A stretch of 64,000 bases of DNA from a virus (lineage: Duplodnaviria; Caudoviricetes), in IMG/VR virus record IMGVR_UViG_3300034410_000589, positions 9,459 through 73,458 of that record. One strand, 5' to 3'. The notes below the pieces were generated by a model. The model had not been told where the DNA came from and made no database searches. It saw only the letters and a program-made list of their open reading frames with translations. Positions 28,601-36,910 of this stretch are shown here, one piece after another. Each line of letters opens with the position of its first letter. The first letter of the stretch is position 1. The translations under genes and the position numbers were made by a program.

Positions 28601-29656
28601 GTTGTCGCCATAACGTGCAACATCACCTTGTAAGTATTCTACATCATCTACCCATGCACCTCTCCAACGCAAACCAGTGTTTAGTCTTTGCCAGTAAGAA
28701 GTATTAGTTGGTGTTTGATCTTGGTGGTCTTGAATACAAAGATATGTATATCCACCGTATCTAACAACTTCGCCTACTCTATAATCTTGTAGCGTACTGT
28801 CATCTTGCCAGTCGCCTAAAAATCTTAATCCTTGTGAAAATAATTGCCAGTCTGTTGTTTCAACTACTGGATTCTTTTCTGCGTGATTTGTTAAAGCAAT
28901 ATATTGGTTACCGCCGTAACGTACAATATCGCCCTTTTGATAATTTCTTAATGCTTCCCAGTCTGCTTCAAACTGGAAGCCTCTTACAAATTGTTCCCAA
29001 TTTGCATTGTCTGTACTAAACAAAGATGCCGCTGTGTGTTCAGCTGTACAAATCCAAAGTGCTGCACCGTACTGTGCTACATCATTAACTTTATATCTAG
29101 TACCAGCTGTCCAAGAGCTTTTGTATTCGATGCCAGCATTAAAGACATCCCAATTTGCTTGGTTAGCTTCTAGCCCGTCGGCTTCAGTTGCAGCAGATGT
29201 ATGATAAACTTTACAAACATAAGTTTGTCCGCCGTATTTTACAAGATCATTAATTAGATATTTTGTATCTACGGTCCAGTCACCTTTCCAGCCAAGTCCT
29301 TCTGCATACACATCCCAGTTAGCAATATCAGCTTCTAGGCCAGCTGCTACTGTTGCTTGTGATGTGTGAACAACTTTACAAATGTATAATCTTGCACCGT
29401 ACTGTACAATGTCACCATAAACATAACCTGTTGATATTGTCCAGTCACCTTTCCAAGTTTGACCGTCACTTACCAAGTTCCATTTAGGTGGTACTATTTC
29501 AAAATCTGTAAAGAATTCAGTAGCACTTGTGTGACCAATCACACAAATATATACTTTTCCACCGAATCTTACAACATCGTCTTTATAATATGTAGTGGCA
29601 GATGACCATGCGTCTTTCCACACAAATCTGATTCTACCTAGTTTAAATTCTGCCAT
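22637..29656 (-). CDS. Giant baseplate/fibre structural protein (2339 aa), paralogue of 29707-35709
   Basis: N-terminal tandem W....Y...D.V.YGG..Y.C...H carbohydrate-binding-like repeats; parallel beta-helix-like SPYVQNCTTFG...NDFTQVISDGIG...ELVSVFTYY; Trp-containing propeller-like repeats; C-terminal GHDFLDIGTG...STDQDGNFRVG. Confidence 0.7.
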   Translation of the reverse strand: MAEFKLGRIRFVWKDAWSSATTYYKDDVVRFGGKVYICVIGHTSATEFFTDFEIVPPKWNLVSDGQTWKGDWTISTGYVYGDIVQYGARLYICKVVHTSQATVAAGLEADIANWDVYAEGLGWKGDWTVDTKYLINDLVKYGGQTYVCKVYHTSAATEADGLEANQANWDVFNAGIEYKSSWTAGTRYKVNDVAQYGAALWICTAEHTAASLFSTDNANWEQFVRGFQFEADWEALRNYQKGDIVRYGGNQYIALTNHAEKNPVVETTDWQLFSQGLRFLGDWQDDSTLQDYRVGEVVRYGGYTYLCIQDHQDQTPTNTSYWQRLNTGLRWRGAWVDDVEYLQGDVARYGDNSYVCVLGHFSEGDDFSTIQTQPGGGGAQNSRPDLDTTGTYWQVIAIGNEASVLTTKGDLVYYAAGGPARLPIGAEGQFLQVGENQAPEWAYSGVADDIYYVATHGKDEASPIAGRTIDRPWKSIRYACDQVENGAKNPNAKRLLDLNRYFIQREIVEWTDAQITSNIAPFSTGFDYDSAKCERDMGYIVDALIHDITHGGNVKSREAALSYVNDTVGSPYLTQKAETKASIEYGLTVIQAVLNQTAPAVNYQVNNGDNSTAVVSQIFDANVTAESVYSDITGLVKIITDAITAGVATGIPDRLINTVLIKVATGKYYEVLPIQVPAETCVIGDELRATNVQPRKSNNSTLTDAGDYLYSNTAIERVEAIIGDIVEGVSVTATTGNSQAQSAVYPLANNETGYVRSAVEQLARLYRRRTDWALGRKEEAIATFTLADEMTDPNAGYARNLLIANRDFLKAELIGYITENYPDLKYSKTACKKDVGYLIDAVSYDLTYGGNWQTVNAGEAYHVGATSNLPAAQKAATLAAYGYLKGIMQTVGRNITVTPGTQSSVTQVVGTPGDAASATTVGDLLDDFINIVDNGTGSETIVYPSITGAAAGLQTDHSLLGSAAATIKTNTTNWITANFPNLTYDSAKCERDVGYLLDAARYDWCLGTTFASTVAAISYLRKPSAKVTGVQKDATLGSYEFARNAARAEVSEAASLAQINNTFVTTNDIILGGSNEGTNRATDQQDVYAGIQQLELNKEFIAKEATAYVNDYYSDTVTATTASSGALTITSTGWLRQNRPIKFTGVGTEVGGLTLDTTYYVKNILSSTTFTISATIGGADITVTDDTGAMAVEKDYDYNVTLCERDIKSIIDAMKWDLKFAPNYRRTYTGGIALTVPATYKTRYASRFYVNSVLGSQEEDFYYLRNGTGLRLQTLEGLNGDMTAETSAGTSRMTAGAYASLDPGWGPDDNRVWITARSPYVQNCTTFGNAATGQRIDGALHNGGNDSIVSNDFTQVISDGIGAHILNNGRAELVSVFTYYSHIGYLAETGGRIRATNGNNSYGDFGSVAEGVDPDEVPTTGVVDNKTQYNATIASAITDQDKILAAEFTHAGNDYTEVTFNTFGPGSGEVVIGDEFRDEALIQARVIDDQVDGDAGGSGYLTASNTAQAGDASSITLSATDGNLNSSYPGMKVLIVGGAGAGLYALIDTYDAGTKVATVIKESDGTAGWDHFVPGTTFVAPNASSTYEIEPAVSFTAPTRSTQNVVITSNVYEDFGFFETSEQVNNQAPTSYAGTGSNLTFNIDRVGSKYYVALNSAGSGYTRLETVTVAGTSLGGTSPENDLVITLTSIGTSGEVIDFDFTGIGAKGKFVALSDDTSAATSGDVATWSNVTLPQQCDRFTTGLLNDGSSQFKSSAFVAVATGSSNAVLSQDLSTFSTSALPGGLDTSTGVDVQYGYIGSGTNRFIVIGQNDTDIAYSDNAGSSWTLTSSALPNTGFTSITRGMGLYVTVRTGSNQAAWSADGISWTAATLPASSNWSKVVWGNGRFIAIADNSVNAAYSLDGINWTATTIGTESAALPTDICYGQGMFMVTSADTNSVAYSEYGLLWDNITVTANVSGYKLAAFGNINREPAWLAIADGTTTQVASNKIGARARGRVNIANEKIFEVKLAEPGSGYGGTPPTITITDPNNIDDVVFQNRLGDGALSNPSFADRGTGFSAASMEVDAQTSNGNADFLQNGSFVAVKRLTERPVPGSNITFASLPGQFFKLVTVVSFLGTNPGSHTAFLQLSPAMTIGDAPTDGDGVTSRIRYSQVRLTGHDFLDIGTGSFAETNYPGLPTQDPDQTKETFDVDGGRVFFTSTDQDGNFRVGDLFQIEQATGVANLNAEAFNIAGLQELTLGEVTLGGNSAAVSEFSTDPFFTANSDSVVPTQRAIKAYIEAQIGGGGAALNVNSVTAGDIFISSNIITTASGELINITANMNFTGPVTGYPLAYQYFLR

Positions 29657-29676
29657 TTTCTAATGCTCCGTTATTG

Positions 29677-29684
29677 TATTTATA
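29677..29684 (-). promoter_or_regulatory. Late promoter TATAAATA (perfect T4 consensus)
   Basis: Upstream of the GGAG SD and ATG at 29656. Confidence 0.75.
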
Positions 29685-29706
29685 CATTTTTATTCTTCCT
29701 TTAAAA

Positions 29707-32700
29707 TTACTTCATACTCTCGTCAAAGTTTCGAAGTAACATCATTTGTCCCACATATGATCCGCCAAGCCCTACTGGATTACCAAAGGCATCCTGTCCT
29801 GACATTTCTACTGGAACAGCAACGTTTATTATCTTGTTTTGTATGTTATCTATTTGGTTTTCTGGTCCGCCAAGATAAATTTGACCAGCTTGTATTGCGT
29901 TAAGTTCTAGATCAGAACCACCAACACTTAACCTATCTGCAAGGAATGTTGCAATAGCTCTTTGTGTTGGAATAACGTTGTTAGAATCTTCAGCAAATGT
30001 TGGGTCTGTACTAAATTCTCTTACAACAGCACCCGAACCACCTAATCTTACACCACCTAGTGATAATTCTGAAAGACCATCTAAGTCAAAGAATTCAGCA
30101 CTAATAGTAACAATACCTGTTGCCTGCTGAACGCTAAACAACTCGCCTGCTCTAAAGTTACCATCTTGGTCAGTACTTACATAGAATATACGTCCGCCAC
30201 CTGTTTCATATACTTCGTTCTCAGGCGCACTTACAAAGTAGTTACCACCTGCATAAATGTCTGGATAATTTGTTTCTAAAAAGTTACCTGTACCAATGTC
30301 TAGGAAATCGTGTCCTGTAATTCTACATTGACTAAAGTTTTCGTTAATTGTAACTGTAGTTCCGTGTATAAGATCGTATTCATTACGCATTCTTGGACTA
30401 ATTTGGAACTGTACTAGTCTAGTACCATTACCTGATCCATCATCGCCTAAGTCTGTTGCGATTGCAACTCTAAAGCTCTTAAAGTCATTTGGATCTTCAG
30501 TATTGTCCTCTGGAATAATTGGAAACAGTAATTGGCTACCAATTGTTGGTACACGAGGTAAGCCAGCAATTTTTATTTGATTTGTTTCTGGTATAAAGTC
30601 TGCATATCCATCGCCTGTGATTGCAACCTTAGTAGTGCTTGATCTGTAGCCAATACCTCTGTTAGTCCAACTTGGTTGTGCAAGTACGCCAGAACCTACT
30701 CTGTTTTCCCATCCTATGCCAACTGTATATGCATTATCAGTAATTGTAAATACTGGTGGATTTGCTTGTGTATAACCACTACCGCAATCAAGTATTTTAA
30801 TTGTTTGTATTAGTCCGCCGCTTCCAAGTCTAGCTCTAACTTTTACTTGGGCGCCTGTTTCTACTTTTGCAAAACCGCCTAACGCAATATTTTTTGTACC
30901 TATAATCCAACTACCTACATCATTTACAACGCCAAAGCCTATGCCAAAATATGGTTTTGTGCTTTCTAATGTTCTGCTTGTCCATACTAAACCATCTTCG
31001 GTTGTTGCAGCAAAGTTTGTATCATTACCGTTTAAGTCTCCGCCAACTAATTGGTTATTAGCATCACATATTGCAAAAAATACACCTTCTGCAAACTTCA
31101 TGTCGTTCCAGCGCATTATAGTTGAACCGTCTTGTGACGGAACATCAGTACCTTGTGTCCATGTTGAGCCGTCAAAACTATAGTAAGTTTCGCCTGTTTC
31201 TAGTAGCACAAGATATCTATTATTACCATATGCTAGTCCTGCAATTTGTAGATTAGGAGTAGTTGCAAATCCTGTATCAAATGTCCATGTAGTTCCATCT
31301 GTACTGTGTCCTACTACACCGTCATTTCCTGCAACAGCAACAAACTTACCTTTACCATATGTAAGACCTTGCCATTCTGCTGATGCACTGTCGCCGACAG
31401 CATCACTAGGCATGTTGCTAGATGTCCATGTTATACCATCTGCTGATTGTATTACTGTTGTTGAGTTTTCAGCAATAACAACAAATCTACCTTCGCCGTA
31501 TTCTATATCAACCCAATCTTCAACAAATGGCAATGTAACCTCTGTCCAATTTACGCCATCTAAACTATACGCCGCTTCGTCAGTACCTTTTGCAATAGCA
31601 ACAAATCTATTGTTACCTGCTTGTACTTTAATCCAGTCAATTGCTGTTGCGTTTGGTAATAATGATTCGCTCCAACCCTGTCCTGTATCACTAGTTAGTG
31701 CAAAGTTTGGTTTTGCAATAGCAACAAACTTACCACTACGTCCTGTACCTGTTACAACAACACTTGTTATAGAGTTTGAACTATCGTCAGTTACACTGTT
31801 AACTTTGATATGACAATCATTAGTACCGTCTTCACCGCCTAATACGCTTCCTAAAATATCAATTGAATCACCTACAGCGTAACCTAATCCGCCGTCTGTA
31901 ACTGTAACTTCATATACTAGACCATTTTTCTTAATATCAAATATTGCGTTTGTTGCTTCCAACCCATCTTGTGTAATAACATCGCCAGTACCCGGAGTAC
32001 CTTCAATATCTGTAAATTCAAAAGTAGTATTACTAAATGCAATATCAATAATATCTCTACCACTTGCAATATTATAGTTAGCTGCTGAAAATGCCGGCTT
32101 GCTTGATATAATTCTTGGTTCAATTTGATATCTAGTATTAGATTCTAATATTGTTTCAATTGGTGTACCTGGAAGTACATGATCCCATCCTGGTAATCCT
32201 GTGCTTTCTTTATAAATTGTTGCGGTACTGTTAAGTTCATTGTATGCTTGTATGTAACCATATTGTCCTGTACCTGTACCAGAAATAATGTATATTGCTT
32301 GACCAATAAGATCATCTGCTGTTGCTGTTTCGTTAGGGCTAAGTGTAATACTAGTTGTATCACCTTGTGTTGCTTGGTTTTGAATATTAGTATATCCTAC
32401 ACCACCAACTGATCCACTGTCTGCAGGGTTAACAATTCTTGATTGAAATAATGCACCATGTCTAATATCTTCATGGAGTGCGTTTGCGTTTGCACCTGCA
32501 CCTGTTATTGTACTAGTTGCTGTTGTGTATCTTTCGCCTGCATTTTCGTATTCATATACAAAAATTTCATCACCAAATGCTCCAGCATATACACCTGATA
32601 CTGTTGCTTCGTTATCTCTGTTGAACACTGTTGCTGTTAACGGTACTTCATTTGGATCAATGCCGTCAGCAATCGAACCGTATTTTCCGTATGAGTTGTT

Positions 32701-35700
32701 ACCGTTAGTTGCACGAATAACGCCGCCGCGTTCTGCTAAGTATCCAACTTGGTTGTAGTATGTAAACACTGACACAAGTTCTGCTCTACCATTGTCTGAA
32801 ATCCATGCACCAATACCGTCACTTAATACTTGCGTATAGTCGTTTGCTGTCATAGACTTGTTACCGCCATTGTGTAACAATCCGTTTACTCGCATACCTG
32901 TACATGCTTTACCAATAGTTGTTACACCTTGTATGTAAGGTGATCTTCTGTTAATCCAAACACGCTCGTCGGTTGGACCCCAACCTGGATCAAGTGCTGT
33001 AAACGCACCTGATGTTGGTCTTTGGTATAAGTCGTAAACACCCGGTGGGTTTAGAGCTCCGTCTAGTCCTTCAACAGTACATTGGCGTAATCCTGTTGTA
33101 TCTCTATGTCTAAATAGATCAACTAAGTTACTACCTACTTTTGAAAGAGCGTATCTTTCACCTGACAGTACTGATCTATATGTACCTTCATAACGTAAAT
33201 CGTATGTTATGGCTTTAAAGAAGTGTAAAAAGTCTTCTGCTACTCTATTTGTTCTAAAAACTTTATCTGGATATGTTTGTCTTACCCATGCTTCAACTTG
33301 CTGTGATAGCCATTCTTGAATACTTTCTAATTTACTTGCTGTTTGACGTCTTTGTACGTCTGCTGTTTGAATATTTGTTCCTAACGTAGCAGGGTCAACA
33401 CTACCACTTTCTGAAACAAAATCTATCTTTTGTTTAATAACATCAATTAATGTTTGTGTTAGGTTTGCTTCTGATAATCCTAGTACTGCAGGAGTTTTAT
33501 TTAAAACAGTTGTATTTCCTGGCAATGCAGGAACATCAATGTTAGAATAAAGACTTAGTAAAATACTTTCTACGTAGTTCCACATAGCCGCAAGCTGTTC
33601 TGTTTCGTTTTGGTATTCTTCTTTTGGAGAGTTTGCAACTATAGTAGTAGCTCTTAGTTCGTCTCCCATTACAACACATCCTGCTGGAACACTAATTGGT
33701 CCTACTTCTACGTATCTTCCTGTGTTAACTCTTATCTTTATAGGTGTTAGTGCAGGGAATGTTGCTTCTACATATTCAGCAGCATGTCTAACTGTTCTAA
33801 ATGGTTTGTCAGGTGATAGTCCGTATCCCCTTGCATCCATACCATGTACGCCTACAAATATTTCGCCAGCTGTGCGAATATAATCTCTCCAAAATATGTT
33901 ATCGGAATCATCTACAGTTAATAGATTTTCTGTTTCACCTATTGGTACTGCTGTTGGTCCAATAGTACTTCCGTCACCAACATTAGTTCTACTTAGGTTA
34001 TATGTAAGTAAGTCACCTAACGATGATAGTCCAGATGCTTGTCCTGCTTGTATTAATAAGTCCCAATAAAAATAACCACTACCGTTATCACCTGGGAAGT
34101 TATCGTTTGTTGCAACATGCCACGTGTTACAAACATATGCATTACCAAAGTGGTAAACAACTTCGCCTACGTCATAGCGTGAGCCTGTTAACCATGCTTT
34201 CCCCCAAGTTTTACTTGGAATAACTAACTGCCATTTTTCTGCTTGTAAATAGTCTGATGTACTGCCGTCAACTTCTGTACTACCTATCGACACAAGTGCC
34301 ATGTAAAGTTCGCCACCGCGCAATACCATATCGCCTGGATTATAAACAGCACCATCTTCCCAGTCGCCTCTAAAGTTGTAACCATATTGTAATTCTACCC
34401 AACTTTGTGTACTATCTTGTGACTGTGCTGGTTGATCGTCTCTGTTGTATTTAGAAGCAAAATATAAGTAACCACCATAACGTACAACGTCACCTGGTTG
34501 ATATTCTGCTGTGTTGGACCATTCTGACTCATATTGAAAGCCAGGTAGTTCTATATTAAATTTTGTAATATCTAGTTGATCTGCAAGTTTGCCGTCAGCA
34601 TCTAACAAACCTAATACTGCTGATTGGTGTGTTTCTGTGCATCTCCAAATACTACCGCCATAAAGTACAAGATCGTTTTTTCTATAAAGTGTTTCTCTTG
34701 CCCATGCGCCTGCATACTCAACTCCACTGTGGAATACTTCCCAAGCAACATCTGCTGAATTATCTATTGTAAGTGTTCCGCCCATTCCTGCATGATACCT
34801 ACAATAGTAGTATAAATTTTCTGGTGCTGTGTATGGAACTGATATTCTAAGTTGTCTTGTTGTTGCTGTTCCAAAATTAGCAATATAATTTTGTTGTGTT
34901 ACTTCGTTGCCGTCTAGTAAGTAGGTTACTCCGGTGCTATAAACTGTTCCTCCACCATTTGTTCCATCTGCTATGGCACTTAATAGCAATGGATGTGGAT
35001 TTGCTATTGGGTCGCCATTTAAGTCGAGGCCGCCGCCAAAGAATTTGTTTGTATCGTCGGAACCGTCTTCAGGAGCACTTTGATCAAACACATATGTTTT
35101 GCCTTTAGCAAATGTAAGTTCTGCTTGAGGAATACCGTTTAATGTATAAATGTTTGCTGTATCTTCTGCATTTCTAACTACAGCAACTTGCAATGTAGTT
35201 GGAGTTGTAACAAGGTTGTCTTCTAAGAAAAGACCTGACACATGTGGTTCAATACACTTATAAACTATACCATTGTATTTTACTAATGCACCCGGACCGT
35301 AGTCAGTTGCTGTTTGCCAGTCTGTTGTATATTTTATATGTGATACTAGTAATGACCAATCGTCTTTATTTGTAACAAAATTTGTAGAATCGTGTTCGTT
35401 AATACAAACCCAAAGCGAGCCATCTTTTTCAACAATATCACTAATTGCATATGTTGTTGCTGTTGCCCACTGACCTTTGTAAGATCTACCATCTGTCATC
35501 AAACGCCATTTTGGTGCTGCCTGTGGTGGATTACTTCCTGGTAATACAGCAAGTAAGTCAGTTTTAAATTTAACGTCTGCTGTATGTCCTTCTAAACACA
35601 CATATGACTTACCGCCAACTCTTATAATGTCATCACGTTTGTATACAGTACCTGCGTTCCATTCGCCCTTCCATATATACTTAAAACGTTCTAGTTTAAA

Positions 35701-35709
35701 TTCTGCCAT
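29707..35709 (-). CDS. Giant baseplate/fibre structural protein (2000 aa) with an inserted cupredoxin-like domain
   Basis: Same architecture and MAEFKL start as 22637-29656; extra PHPLLLS...YYYCRYHAGMGG module. Confidence 0.7.
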   Translation of the reverse strand: MAEFKLERFKYIWKGEWNAGTVYKRDDIIRVGGKSYVCLEGHTADVKFKTDLLAVLPGSNPPQAAPKWRLMTDGRSYKGQWATATTYAISDIVEKDGSLWVCINEHDSTNFVTNKDDWSLLVSHIKYTTDWQTATDYGPGALVKYNGIVYKCIEPHVSGLFLEDNLVTTPTTLQVAVVRNAEDTANIYTLNGIPQAELTFAKGKTYVFDQSAPEDGSDDTNKFFGGGLDLNGDPIANPHPLLLSAIADGTNGGGTVYSTGVTYLLDGNEVTQQNYIANFGTATTRQLRISVPYTAPENLYYYCRYHAGMGGTLTIDNSADVAWEVFHSGVEYAGAWARETLYRKNDLVLYGGSIWRCTETHQSAVLGLLDADGKLADQLDITKFNIELPGFQYESEWSNTAEYQPGDVVRYGGYLYFASKYNRDDQPAQSQDSTQSWVELQYGYNFRGDWEDGAVYNPGDMVLRGGELYMALVSIGSTEVDGSTSDYLQAEKWQLVIPSKTWGKAWLTGSRYDVGEVVYHFGNAYVCNTWHVATNDNFPGDNGSGYFYWDLLIQAGQASGLSSLGDLLTYNLSRTNVGDGSTIGPTAVPIGETENLLTVDDSDNIFWRDYIRTAGEIFVGVHGMDARGYGLSPDKPFRTVRHAAEYVEATFPALTPIKIRVNTGRYVEVGPISVPAGCVVMGDELRATTIVANSPKEEYQNETEQLAAMWNYVESILLSLYSNIDVPALPGNTTVLNKTPAVLGLSEANLTQTLIDVIKQKIDFVSESGSVDPATLGTNIQTADVQRRQTASKLESIQEWLSQQVEAWVRQTYPDKVFRTNRVAEDFLHFFKAITYDLRYEGTYRSVLSGERYALSKVGSNLVDLFRHRDTTGLRQCTVEGLDGALNPPGVYDLYQRPTSGAFTALDPGWGPTDERVWINRRSPYIQGVTTIGKACTGMRVNGLLHNGGNKSMTANDYTQVLSDGIGAWISDNGRAELVSVFTYYNQVGYLAERGGVIRATNGNNSYGKYGSIADGIDPNEVPLTATVFNRDNEATVSGVYAGAFGDEIFVYEYENAGERYTTATSTITGAGANANALHEDIRHGALFQSRIVNPADSGSVGGVGYTNIQNQATQGDTTSITLSPNETATADDLIGQAIYIISGTGTGQYGYIQAYNELNSTATIYKESTGLPGWDHVLPGTPIETILESNTRYQIEPRIISSKPAFSAANYNIASGRDIIDIAFSNTTFEFTDIEGTPGTGDVITQDGLEATNAIFDIKKNGLVYEVTVTDGGLGYAVGDSIDILGSVLGGEDGTNDCHIKVNSVTDDSSNSITSVVVTGTGRSGKFVAIAKPNFALTSDTGQGWSESLLPNATAIDWIKVQAGNNRFVAIAKGTDEAAYSLDGVNWTEVTLPFVEDWVDIEYGEGRFVVIAENSTTVIQSADGITWTSSNMPSDAVGDSASAEWQGLTYGKGKFVAVAGNDGVVGHSTDGTTWTFDTGFATTPNLQIAGLAYGNNRYLVLLETGETYYSFDGSTWTQGTDVPSQDGSTIMRWNDMKFAEGVFFAICDANNQLVGGDLNGNDTNFAATTEDGLVWTSRTLESTKPYFGIGFGVVNDVGSWIIGTKNIALGGFAKVETGAQVKVRARLGSGGLIQTIKILDCGSGYTQANPPVFTITDNAYTVGIGWENRVGSGVLAQPSWTNRGIGYRSSTTKVAITGDGYADFIPETNQIKIAGLPRVPTIGSQLLFPIIPEDNTEDPNDFKSFRVAIATDLGDDGSGNGTRLVQFQISPRMRNEYDLIHGTTVTINENFSQCRITGHDFLDIGTGNFLETNYPDIYAGGNYFVSAPENEVYETGGGRIFYVSTDQDGNFRAGELFSVQQATGIVTISAEFFDLDGLSELSLGGVRLGGSGAVVREFSTDPTFAEDSNNVIPTQRAIATFLADRLSVGGSDLELNAIQAGQIYLGGPENQIDNIQNKIINVAVPVEMSGQDAFGNPVGLGGSYVGQMMLLRNFDESMK

Positions 35710-35720
35710 TTATATATCCT

Positions 35721-36578
35721 TTAGTACCCCGATCCTGCCGAGATGTTAATTTTATTTCCTTGACCAGTGTGGAAATGACACCAGTAATACAGCGTATCAG
35801 GTGCTGTTGATTCTAATGCTAATTCTACTCTACGTGTAGTTGCTCCAACAAATCCACTTACATACTGTGCCATAGTAACTTGAATACCGTCAAGTTTGTA
35901 AATTACACCTGTGTTGTAATGATCGCCGTTAGCAGCATGTTCACCATCGTATACTGTACTTAACATTAATGGATGATGAACTCCGTTATACGAAGCATTA
36001 GTAGAAGCTGATTGATCAAAAACATATGTACGTCCTTTTGTAACACTTAGCTCAGGTCTTTCAATACCGTTAACATAAAATACACCACTGGCTTGTCCGC
36101 CTACTGTATCTACACCTACTGTCATTGTGTAGAAGTTAAATCCTGTACCTGGGCCGCCTGTATTACCTGGAATAATTACTTCTTCGTCTGTGCCTTCTCC
36201 ATAGGCTGGTGAACTAATATTATCTTCAAATGTAACCTTTTCACTAACCGCTTGCACAAAATGTCCTGTACTTGCTTCAACATAATAAGTTAAACTTCTA
36301 CCGTCCCAACGTAGTTGTGGATAACGTAAGTTAGGATAAACAACATCTTTATTTTCATCAATACCATCTAAGTAATCAATACCTTCTTCAAAGTCTAAAA
36401 AGTTTTCTTCTGATATACCTAAATCGTTAATAGTAATGCTGTTGGCTTCGCCGCCAGCTAATTGGTCAACTCTTACTAGAAATAATTCACCATCGTCGTT
36501 TCTACGCAAACCGTAAAAATATCTTTTGATAAAGCCGTTTTGAACGTCTGTTGGATTACTTCCTATATAGTGACTCAT
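35721..36578 (-). CDS. Virion protein with C-terminal cupredoxin-like domain
   Basis: C-terminal HHPLMLS...YYWCHFHTGQG, closely matching the module in 8566-10053. Confidence 0.6.
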   Translation of the reverse strand: MSHYIGSNPTDVQNGFIKRYFYGLRRNDDGELFLVRVDQLAGGEANSITINDLGISEENFLDFEEGIDYLDGIDENKDVVYPNLRYPQLRWDGRSLTYYVEASTGHFVQAVSEKVTFEDNISSPAYGEGTDEEVIIPGNTGGPGTGFNFYTMTVGVDTVGGQASGVFYVNGIERPELSVTKGRTYVFDQSASTNASYNGVHHPLMLSTVYDGEHAANGDHYNTGVIYKLDGIQVTMAQYVSGFVGATTRRVELALESTAPDTLYYWCHFHTGQGNKINISAGSGY

Positions 36579-36907
36579 TATACTATCTCCACATAACTTG
36601 CTATAGCATCTACAGCATCGTCTATACTTGCTACTACTTGGACGATATTATCAGGTGCAACTATTAATTTTTCGCCTGTTGCAACAACTCGCAAACTAGT
36701 ATTTGCTGGTAGCAACGTATCTTTAATATAATGTCCAGTTACACTTGTATCGTCTTTCATTAACACACTTACATACACAAACCCATCAGTAAGATTAGTT
36801 AAACTTAATCCAATTACTGTGGCTCGTGTTGCCGAGTTAGTTTCTATAATGTCTATAGGTTGTGTGCCTACATTGTTAATAACTTTATTTTTAAATATCG
36901 TTGCCAT
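36578..36907 (-). CDS. Small beta-rich virion protein (paralogue trio)
   Basis: MATIFKNK...ATVIGLSLTN...LPANTSL...KLIV...V.AIASYVEI. Confidence 0.65.
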   Translation of the reverse strand: MATIFKNKVINNVGTQPIDIIETNSATRATVIGLSLTNLTDGFVYVSVLMKDDTSVTGHYIKDTLLPANTSLRVVATGEKLIVAPDNIVQVVASIDDAVDAIASYVEIV

Positions 36908-36910
36908 TTA

